Shown here one piece after another: positions 7,009 to 14,708 of a stretch of DNA of 21,143 bases. Origin of the DNA: Phycisphaeraceae bacterium (GTDB lineage Bacteria > Planctomycetota > Phycisphaerae > Phycisphaerales > Zrk34); NCBI GenBank assembly GCA_040905565.1, contig JBBDRF010000089.1, positions 48,996 through 70,138 on the forward strand. Direction: 5' to 3'. The position numbers were made by a program, and so were the translations under genes. The notes under the pieces are model-generated. The model worked only from the letters and a program-made list of their open reading frames with translations. It searched no databases and was not told the DNA's origin. The stretch's first letter is position 1, and each line of letters opens with the position of its first letter.

Positions 7009-9189
7009 TTATTTGCGATCCGGTCGGCTCTCGAGCCCGTCGTTACGCTGCTCCTCGGTCTGGCCGCGCTGCTCGCGGTAAGCGGCCATGCCCTCGGGCG
7101 GCGGGTACATCGACGCCCCCGAAAGCCCCGATTGCTCCGCCTGCTGATAAAGCGGATCACGCACGCGATCGAACACCCGAACCTTGAGCGCGTCGGGTGC
7201 GTTACGCCAGGCCCGTGCCTTCATCAGCGGATTGGTCGCGGCACTCGGCGGCGAGACCAGATAACGCGTGAACGTATCAACCAGCATCTGCTCGTAGCTC
7301 GGCAGCATCAGCCGGTCCTGGCCCTGCTGGTTCCGCCCGATCTCGGCACGGCGTGCGTTGTAGACGCGGTGCGCCCGCTGCGCCAGGCCCAGGTAGCGAT
7401 CGGAAATCTCAGAACGCCCGTTGGCCAGACCTTCGTCGATCGCCTGCATGATGTAACCGGTGACGTGCGAGACGACGTCGTCCATCGAGCTGAACGCTTC
7501 CTCACTCATGAAGTAGTTGGTGACGAACTCGTCGAGCGTCTGCTGATAGCGCTGAGCGCGGTCGGGACGGAAGTCGCTATACAGCTCGCGAAGCATCCGG
7601 TAGTAGCGGCGGGACTGATCCATGTCGCCGTAGAAATAGCTCTGCTGAACGGCGAAGCTGAGGAAGTTCTCGTGACCTGATTTGAAGCTGTCCGGCGCGG
7701 TCGTCTGGTCGAGATAGTCGCCGGAGAGACGGCCGGCGGCGGTGAGGACGTTCGCGTGGTACGCATCGATGTAACGCGGATCGGGCAGCACCCGATAGTA
7801 GCGCGTGGCGGGGTCGAAGATGAGATCGCCCGTGCGGGTGAGGGCCTGCAGACTTTGCGTGACCTGGCGATCGGTGTTGAGCACCATGAAATCTTCGGGG
7901 CGAAGGAGCCCGGAACTGCGCCGCACGCCGAGCGACGACCAGTACATGCCGTGGGCGGCGGGATGGCGCCAGTCGATGGGGATGGGAACGGGTTCGCCGT
8001 CAGGCGTGGCGAACCAGCCACCTCGCATCAGGTCGAACATCCAGATCGGATCCATCCGCGCTTCTTCATAGATCACGCGCGCCCGGACGAACCCGAACAG
8101 CCGATTGCGAACCTCCTCAAGTTCCTCATCGTTGAGCCAGTCGCGTAGCCACTGGTCGACCTCGGAGAGATCGCCGAGGTCGACGTTCATCAGTTCAAGG
8201 TCGACCGAGGTATCGCGGACCTGAATCTGTGCGATGCGGCGAAGGAATGAACGGTCCGGGCGGAAGCCACGCTCTCGCAGACGGTCGAGCTGTTCGGCCA
8301 CTTCGGCGTCGCCGGCGCGAACACGCTCCACGGGGTCGGCCTGGGCCGCGGCGATCTGCGCACGCGTCAACGCCTGCAGAGGCTCGAGGGCTTCTGCAAG
8401 CGTGCTGTCGCCACTGTTCATCAGGGTGCGCAGGCGTGTGTTCAACTGCTGAATCGTCATCGCGTGGAACTCGTCGATGTGATCTTCGACGATGGCCAGA
8501 TCATGGATGCGCTCCAGCTCTTCGCGCACGGCATAACCCAACTCACGCTCATTGACGTAGGCTTCGTACATGTCGGCGACGGGCTTGAACCACGCGACGA
8601 CCTCGTCAGTCTCCGCGTCAACCGGCGGCTCGCCGAGCAGCAGGTGCCACTCCGAGGCCAGCTCCGCCTTGTAGTGCCAGTGCATGTCGTCGGAGTACAT
8701 GCCGATCTTGTTGAGATAGATCCACCCGAGTTCACGGTGCAACTGCACGTTCTGCGGATTCAGCGGGATCGCCTCGTCACGCAGCAGCTTCATCCCCGCC
8801 TGCACCCACATCCAGCGTTCCTGCGGCGTCGCCGTGGTGACCGAAATGTTGTACGACATGTTCCACGCATGGAAGACCCACACCTGCGTAAAACGCGGCT
8901 GAAGCTTGGTGATCCAGTCCGCCAGTTGCATCGCTTCGTACAGGTTGCCGTCGGCCTGCATCTTCTGCACACGCCCCCAGAGGATATCCACCGCAAGCCC
9001 GCGGAAGCTGCCGAGTGCCGCCTGCGTCAACGCGATCTCAGGCGGCAGGTTCTGCATCACCTCGTCATGGGCGGTCAACTTCAGATCCGCACGCATGTGG
9101 TTAATCCGGGGCATAAGCATCCCCGCGCCGCTGAGCAGCCCAGCCATCAGCGTTAAGCAGAGGAGGATGATGATGCGATCTTTGCCCAT
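7009..9189 (-). CDS. Membrane-anchored uncharacterised protein (726 aa), ABC-transporter-associated; resembles planctomycete proteins loosely annotated as IRE (iron responsive element)-like
   Basis: Long ORF, AGGA before ATG, N-terminal hydrophobic anchor IIILLCLTLMAGLLSGAGMLM; Trp-rich blocks FRGLAVDILW, WITKLQPRF, WVFHAWNMSYNISV, PIDWRHPAAHGMYWS. The family resemblance is from memory, not a search. Confidence 0.7.
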   Translation of the reverse strand: MGKDRIIILLCLTLMAGLLSGAGMLMPRINHMRADLKLTAHDEVMQNLPPEIALTQAALGSFRGLAVDILWGRVQKMQADGNLYEAMQLADWITKLQPRFTQVWVFHAWNMSYNISVTTATPQERWMWVQAGMKLLRDEAIPLNPQNVQLHRELGWIYLNKIGMYSDDMHWHYKAELASEWHLLLGEPPVDAETDEVVAWFKPVADMYEAYVNERELGYAVREELERIHDLAIVEDHIDEFHAMTIQQLNTRLRTLMNSGDSTLAEALEPLQALTRAQIAAAQADPVERVRAGDAEVAEQLDRLRERGFRPDRSFLRRIAQIQVRDTSVDLELMNVDLGDLSEVDQWLRDWLNDEELEEVRNRLFGFVRARVIYEEARMDPIWMFDLMRGGWFATPDGEPVPIPIDWRHPAAHGMYWSSLGVRRSSGLLRPEDFMVLNTDRQVTQSLQALTRTGDLIFDPATRYYRVLPDPRYIDAYHANVLTAAGRLSGDYLDQTTAPDSFKSGHENFLSFAVQQSYFYGDMDQSRRYYRMLRELYSDFRPDRAQRYQQTLDEFVTNYFMSEEAFSSMDDVVSHVTGYIMQAIDEGLANGRSEISDRYLGLAQRAHRVYNARRAEIGRNQQGQDRLMLPSYEQMLVDTFTRYLVSPPSAATNPLMKARAWRNAPDALKVRVFDRVRDPLYQQAEQSGLSGASMYPPPEGMAAYREQRGQTEEQRNDGLESRPDRK

Positions 9190-9263
9190 GGCTCTATCCT
9201 GGTGACGACGGTGCTAGAGAACCCGATCCATCGTGTGGTCGGGCGACGGCGTGCGGCGGGTCG

Positions 9264-10919
9264 TCAGACCTGCACACGCGCCAGTTCACGATTTCGGAAG
9301 ATCAACGCGGCGACCAGCCCGATGCCACCCGTCCAGATCACGCCGATCCACAGCAGACAACCGCCCACGCTTGCCCATCCGAAGTAACGGCCGTCGACGA
9401 TGTCCGACCCCGGCCCGTACTGCGCGAAGCGCTGCAACGTGGAACTGATCATCGTGCTGAAGCTCGACATGCCCCCCTGCACCGCGCCGGTCAAGCCCGG
9501 CCCCGCACCGTAGGTCCCCACCGTCTCCAGCAGGAACGGACTCGCCGCGGCGGCGATGAAGATCATCAGTGAAAATGTACTGGCGACGGGGAACCCGAGG
9601 AAGGAAGCGGCGGTGAGGCCGAGCATCGCAAGGAAGCCCAGCTTGATCCAGTTCGCCAGCACACCTCGGAAGAAGTTTGGCCCGAACGAATCGACGCGGT
9701 AAAGCATCTCCAGCCCGTCGGAACCATCGAAGACGACCGTGATATCGCGGGACGCATTGGGGTTCTGCGGACTGCGGTTGTGGATGGTCAGGTCGATTCG
9801 GCCGTCCTGAATCAACTCGACCGGCAGGGGCATGACCTGCGTCTGGCCGATGACCACGTTGAGGGCGGAAGGTTGCCCGTTGATCTCGATGATCACGCCG
9901 ATCTGCCCGTCGGGCACTTCTTCGGTCACCCGGGCGTGGTAGCGGAACTGGATGAAATCGCTGTAGCGGTGCGCGTCTTCCAGCCCCTCAAACACGAACG
10001 AGGTGGCGCCCATCGGTGCGACGCTGCGCCACTGCCGCTCGACCTGTTCGAACATCTGTTGCTGGATCGCCTGGAGGCCGAGTTCCATGACCATGTTGTC
10101 GCCGGCGTTCGCGACGCCGAGTTCGTGCGCCTGCTGCTCGCCGGTGCGGCGGATGGTGTCCGGATCGTTACGCTGCAACTGCTCGAGCCGCTGACGCACC
10201 ACGTCTTCCAGTGGCTGCGAGGGCTTGGCGCGCTGAGCGATACGGGCCGTCAGCACCTCTTCGTCCAGCGCGATGCGATCGTGCTCTTCCGTGGCCTGCT
10301 GCTGCGAAAGAAACATGGTGTAGCTGTAGATGCCGACGCTCGCGACGAACAGCAGGATGCCGTTGAGCACGACGATCCCGACCCACTTACCCAGCAGGTA
10401 ACGCCAACGGCTGAGCGGCTTCGTGGCGACGCTGAAGATCTGCTTGTTCTCGATCTCGCCGCTGAGCGTCCAGCACGCGAGGAAGATGGTCAGCAAACTC
10501 AGCAGGATGACGGTGACGGTCATCGAATAACTGAGGAACCCCTGCACGCGGTAGCGGAGCGGGTCGGCACTATCGGCGATGAACGGCAGCGTGGGCACAA
10601 TCACCAGCAGCAGCACGATGAAGACAATGGCGATCTTCATGTGCAGCGCTTCGTCGAGCACGGTTCGCGCGACGCTGAACGTGCCGCCGCCGTACCGCAG
10701 AAGCAGACGCGCCAGCATCAGCAGACCGATGAACCCAAGCGTCAGCCCCATCGCACCAATCACCGAGAGGACGAACCCATCGGCGGCGACCTCGGCGGAC
10801 GTCGCATCGCTCATCATCAGATAGAGCGCCCGCGCCAGCAGGATCGGGAGGCCCAGGCCTAGCGCCAGCGTGATCCAGAGCACGGGGGGACGGACGAGAT
10901 GACCGAACAGCGCTTTCAC
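9264..10919 (-). CDS. ABC-2-type (NosY/GldF-like) ABC transporter permease with large extracytoplasmic insert (551 aa)
   Basis: Multiple TM helices; motif LSGEIENKQIFSVATKPLSRWRYLLGKWVG typical of ABC-2 permeases; roughly 200-aa soluble insert between TM blocks; GTGA overlap with the ABC ATPase stop. Confidence 0.82.
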   Translation of the reverse strand: MKALFGHLVRPPVLWITLALGLGLPILLARALYLMMSDATSAEVAADGFVLSVIGAMGLTLGFIGLLMLARLLLRYGGGTFSVARTVLDEALHMKIAIVFIVLLLVIVPTLPFIADSADPLRYRVQGFLSYSMTVTVILLSLLTIFLACWTLSGEIENKQIFSVATKPLSRWRYLLGKWVGIVVLNGILLFVASVGIYSYTMFLSQQQATEEHDRIALDEEVLTARIAQRAKPSQPLEDVVRQRLEQLQRNDPDTIRRTGEQQAHELGVANAGDNMVMELGLQAIQQQMFEQVERQWRSVAPMGATSFVFEGLEDAHRYSDFIQFRYHARVTEEVPDGQIGVIIEINGQPSALNVVIGQTQVMPLPVELIQDGRIDLTIHNRSPQNPNASRDITVVFDGSDGLEMLYRVDSFGPNFFRGVLANWIKLGFLAMLGLTAASFLGFPVASTFSLMIFIAAAASPFLLETVGTYGAGPGLTGAVQGGMSSFSTMISSTLQRFAQYGPGSDIVDGRYFGWASVGGCLLWIGVIWTGGIGLVAALIFRNRELARVQV

Positions 10920-12190
10920 GATTTGCCATCTCCTCCGAGCAGGTCGTCGATCACGTCCCGGTCGGCCTGGTTCGCGGCGGACTGATTCGGCGCGGACTGG
11001 TTCGCCTCGCCCTTCTTCGTCGACTGCGACCCAACCTCTTCGGTCGTTTCGGTCGTGCCGGCGGGCTCGGCTTCGGAATCGGCCTCATCCTCGCCACGCG
11101 TGAGGTTCTGAATCAGTTCATCCGCGGCCGAGTCATCCACCGCCTCAACCTTGTCACCTTGCGAAGCATCTTCGCCGGGTGCGTCGGGCGTCTCCGACAC
11201 TTCCTCGACACTCATCAGTTGATCGATGATGGCCTTGCCGTCGACGGCTTCGGGCATGTGCGCGTCGCGTGCGAGGAACTCTGCGACGGGGCCGCCGGTC
11301 CGCGCACCACTCGTGGCCGCCCCCTCAGCCTGGGCCTTCTGCACGATGCTCAGGAACAGCGCTTCGAGCTTCTGCCGGGGCGCTTCGACGCTGCGGATCG
11401 ACTTGCCTTCTTCCTGCTCGATCAGCCGTTCGATTTTCGCGATGGTTTCAGGCGAGATCGTGTCGGTTTCCAGCAGCGTGGAATCGCTGACCGTGAGCAG
11501 TTCATCGACGGTGCCCTCGGCCCGCTTCTTGCCGCCGTAGAGCACGGTGACGCGATCGCAGACGTCCTCCACGTCGGCCAGCAGATGGCTGCACAGCAGC
11601 ACGGTCTTGCCCCGGCGTTTGAGTTCGAGGATGAGGTCCTTGATCTGCCTTGTGCCGATGGGGTCCAGGCCCGTCGTCGGTTCGTCGAGGATCAACAGAT
11701 CGGGATCGTTGATCAGCGCCTGCGCCAGCCCGATGCGCCGCTGCATGCCTTTGGAGTATTCACCGACCGGCCGCCGCTGCACCGCATCGAGGCCGACCAT
11801 CTCCAGCAACATGTCGATGCGTTTGCTGCGATCGCGCCTCGGCAGGTGAAACAGCCGGCCGTAGTACTCCAGCGTTTCCCGCGCATTGAGGAAGCGATAG
11901 AGGTACGACTCTTCGGGCAGGTAACCGATGCGCCGCTTGCTGGCGACGTTGTTCGGCAGTTTGTCGAAGACCGTAACCCGGCCCTTCGTGGGAAACAGCA
12001 GGCCGAGGATGATCTTGATCGCGGTCGATTTGCCTGACCCGTTGGGCCCGAGCAGGCCGAACACCTGATGCGGATCGACCGAAAGATCAAGCGAATCGAC
12101 GGCGACGACGCGCGGCCGCATCCAGAAATCTTTGAAAACCTTCGTCAGGCCTCGGGTCTGAATGACGGGATGACTGCTTTGACTGACCAT
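10916..12190 (-). CDS. ABC transporter ATP-binding protein (ABC-2/exporter type) with long acidic C-terminal tail (424 aa)
   Basis: Walker A GPNGSGKS, signature YSKGMQRR, Walker B LLILDEPT, H-loop LCSH; residues about 288-424 are low-complexity and acidic. Confidence 0.95.
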   Translation of the reverse strand: MVSQSSHPVIQTRGLTKVFKDFWMRPRVVAVDSLDLSVDPHQVFGLLGPNGSGKSTAIKIILGLLFPTKGRVTVFDKLPNNVASKRRIGYLPEESYLYRFLNARETLEYYGRLFHLPRRDRSKRIDMLLEMVGLDAVQRRPVGEYSKGMQRRIGLAQALINDPDLLILDEPTTGLDPIGTRQIKDLILELKRRGKTVLLCSHLLADVEDVCDRVTVLYGGKKRAEGTVDELLTVSDSTLLETDTISPETIAKIERLIEQEEGKSIRSVEAPRQKLEALFLSIVQKAQAEGAATSGARTGGPVAEFLARDAHMPEAVDGKAIIDQLMSVEEVSETPDAPGEDASQGDKVEAVDDSAADELIQNLTRGEDEADSEAEPAGTTETTEEVGSQSTKKGEANQSAPNQSAANQADRDVIDDLLGGDGKS

Positions 12191-12232
12191 AAGAATCGTG
12201 CTTTCGCAAAGCCCGTTGAGTCTCTTGTTCTA

Positions 12233-13540
12233 CTAGCGCCCGCCGGGCTGGTTTTGTTCCTGCTCGGCGCGGAATCGCGCCCGCTCACGCTGCTGCTGAA
12301 CGCGCGGGTCGCGGTTGAGTTCCAGGTAAATGTGCTTGTTCTCCTCGGAAGGCAGGTAGAACGTTTCTACGTCACCAGCGAGGATCGACTGACGCGTATC
12401 CTGCCACAGCCGACTGAGCACGATGTTAGGATTCTCGTTGTAGACCGGCAGCAGTTGCTCGAAAAGATTGGCCTCGGCCTGCACGCGCGAGACGAGCTCA
12501 CGGCGGTAAGTGTGAGCGTCCTGGATCATCCCCGACACTTCACCGGTCGAGCGTTCCAGCAGCTCGGTGACGCGTTCGTCGGCGGCTTCAATGGCCTCCT
12601 GATCATCACCATGTCGGGCAAGATCGTACGCATCGATCGCGGCGACCAACTCTTCGTGCATACCGCCTGCCACCTGGTTAAGAATGCGGCTAGCGTCCCG
12701 GCGCGCGTTGTCGATCATCTGCGCCTTGTCCGTCTCGGCACCGCTGACACGCTGAAATGCTTCACGCACAGCCAGCGGCGGCGTGGGATCCTGCAGCAGC
12801 ACCTCGTTGACCGTGATGCCCGACTCAAAAGCATCAAGCTGCTCCTGAATCAGGAAACGGATCTGGTCACGATTGACGTTGGCGCGGACAAAATCGTCAG
12901 CACTCACCTGTGCAACCGCGTGAACGATGGCGCGCTCCGCAGCATGACGCACGAACGCGTCAGCCGCTTCACGCTGGGCGACCCGATCCGAAGCAGCGGT
13001 CACGTTTGCCACGAACAACACCGCATCTTCCGACCGCACCTGATAGTTCACTTCCCAGCGTGCGTGGACGATGTTCTTGTCGCCCGTGACCAGTGAACCG
13101 TCAACGCCCGGCGTGAGGTTTTGCTGCGGCTGAAGCTCATCAAGCGACTGGGCCTCGGCCCCCTCGGGGATGTTCATCCAGAAGGCGCGCTCGATGGGCA
13201 CCTGCCGCTGCAGCGTGGAAACGCGGATGATGCGGTCGATCGGCTCGGGCCAGGAAAGGTGGATGCCCGGCTCGTAGGTTTCGTACGACGCCGCGCCGAG
13301 GTGCAGACGCACGCCGACCTGCCCTTCCTGAATCTCGAACGCACCGCTAAAGGCGAAGTAAACCACCAGCAGAATCATGATGCCCTTGAGCGCCATGAAG
13401 CTGATGCGCAACGCCTCGGCGAGCGAGCGACTGGCTGGATCAAGCTCGTCCAGATTCAGCGGCTCGTCGGGCCTGGCGTGGAAGGGGTCATCGTGGTCGT
13501 GATGGTGCCCGTGATGATCGTGATGGTGATGGTCGCTCAT
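12233..13540 (-). CDS. hflK: SPFH/band-7 protein, HflK-like, with His-rich N-terminus (435 aa)
   Basis: One TM followed by EIQEGQVGVRLHLG..PGIHLSWPEPID, LVTGDKNIVHARWEVNYQV, GITVNEVLLQDPTPPLAVREAF (HflK-type motifs); N-terminus MSDHHHHDHHGHHHDHDDPFH. Probably a divergent paralog rather than the canonical FtsH partner. Confidence 0.85.
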   Translation of the reverse strand: MSDHHHHDHHGHHHDHDDPFHARPDEPLNLDELDPASRSLAEALRISFMALKGIMILLVVYFAFSGAFEIQEGQVGVRLHLGAASYETYEPGIHLSWPEPIDRIIRVSTLQRQVPIERAFWMNIPEGAEAQSLDELQPQQNLTPGVDGSLVTGDKNIVHARWEVNYQVRSEDAVLFVANVTAASDRVAQREAADAFVRHAAERAIVHAVAQVSADDFVRANVNRDQIRFLIQEQLDAFESGITVNEVLLQDPTPPLAVREAFQRVSGAETDKAQMIDNARRDASRILNQVAGGMHEELVAAIDAYDLARHGDDQEAIEAADERVTELLERSTGEVSGMIQDAHTYRRELVSRVQAEANLFEQLLPVYNENPNIVLSRLWQDTRQSILAGDVETFYLPSEENKHIYLELNRDPRVQQQRERARFRAEQEQNQPGGR

Positions 13541-13584
13541 GGGTCTCTCTCAAGCGTGGCCTGATCGGTCGGCAGACGACGGGT

Positions 13585-14628
13585 TCATCGGGAAATTTCA
13601 AGCGCGGTCGAATCGCCTGCGTCCGAACGCTGGTCCGACTCACTTGCGTCCGAGGCGGCGTCCGAAGCTTCGCTGGCTTCGATTTCGCCCTCCGCCTGTT
13701 GCGGTGTCGGCACCTGAGGGCCGTAGTAGAACTCGCTGCCGAGCCCGCCCTCTTTCGCGTCGATCAGGAACGTCGTGTTGTGGCTGAACACCTGGCGGTA
13801 CGTGTCGAGGTTACGCAGGAAAATCGCGAACGGCTCGTTCTCCTTGAACACCTCGTAGTACTGGGCTGCGGCCTGGTCGCCCTCGGCGCGAATCGCATCA
13901 GCGCGACGGGCGGCGAACGCCATGATCGTACGGCGGGCACCCTCGGCGCGGGCACGGATGTTTTCCGCCGACGCGTCACCTTCAGACAGCGCTCGCTGGG
14001 CGAGACGCTGACGCGTGACCTGCATCCGCTCAAAGACGTTCTGCGTCACCGACTGCGGAAGGATCACGCGCTTGATGCCGATCGCTTCGATCTCGATGCC
14101 GTAGCTGTGCCCCTCTTCGTTGAGGCCCTCGCGCAGCTTGGCCAGCAGGGCCTCTTCAATCTCCTGCAGACGAATCTGGTCGGCATCGGTGTTCGTCAGT
14201 TGATCGAACGTGTAGTTGCCGATGACCGAGCGGGCATCGCGCATGCGGGTGCGGATCTGCCGTTCGGCCTGCGTGTCGTCCTGGAGCGTTCGGAAGAACT
14301 CGAGCGGATCGGTGATCCGCCAGGCGACGTAGGTGCTGACGACGACGGCCCAGTTATCCAGCGTCTGCTGTTCTTCGAGCCGCTCGTCGAGGATGCGGAC
14401 ACGCCGATCGTACGTGCGCACCTGCTGAATGGGCCAGGGCCAGCGGAAGTGCAGGTTACCCATGCCTCCCGCGTCGGCGCGGTTGCCTTCGTAGACCGAA
14501 TCCGCGTCGGCGCGGCCGAAGGTGGTGGCGACGGCGACCTCGTTGTAGTCAACCTGGAAGGTGACGGAGAACAGGAGGAAGCCGAGGACGATCAGCATCG
14601 CGAGGATGAAGGTCGATTTGTTTTTCAT
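13585..14628 (-). CDS. hflC: SPFH/band-7 protein, HflC-like (347 aa)
   Basis: N-terminal TM; LHFRWPWPIQQVRTYDRR, YVAWRITDPLEFF, YGIEIEAIGIKRVILPQSVTQNVFERM, AEGDQAAAQYY..FAIFLRNLDTY are HflC-type motifs. Confidence 0.88.
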   Translation of the reverse strand: MKNKSTFILAMLIVLGFLLFSVTFQVDYNEVAVATTFGRADADSVYEGNRADAGGMGNLHFRWPWPIQQVRTYDRRVRILDERLEEQQTLDNWAVVVSTYVAWRITDPLEFFRTLQDDTQAERQIRTRMRDARSVIGNYTFDQLTNTDADQIRLQEIEEALLAKLREGLNEEGHSYGIEIEAIGIKRVILPQSVTQNVFERMQVTRQRLAQRALSEGDASAENIRARAEGARRTIMAFAARRADAIRAEGDQAAAQYYEVFKENEPFAIFLRNLDTYRQVFSHNTTFLIDAKEGGLGSEFYYGPQVPTPQQAEGEIEASEASDAASDASESDQRSDAGDSTALEISR

Positions 14629-14708
14629 TGCCGAAAACGCTCCGCGTGTCGTTGATCTGTCAGGTCGGCCGCTCGCGCGAGCCGAATGTCCATGTTTGGT
14701 ATCAGGTA

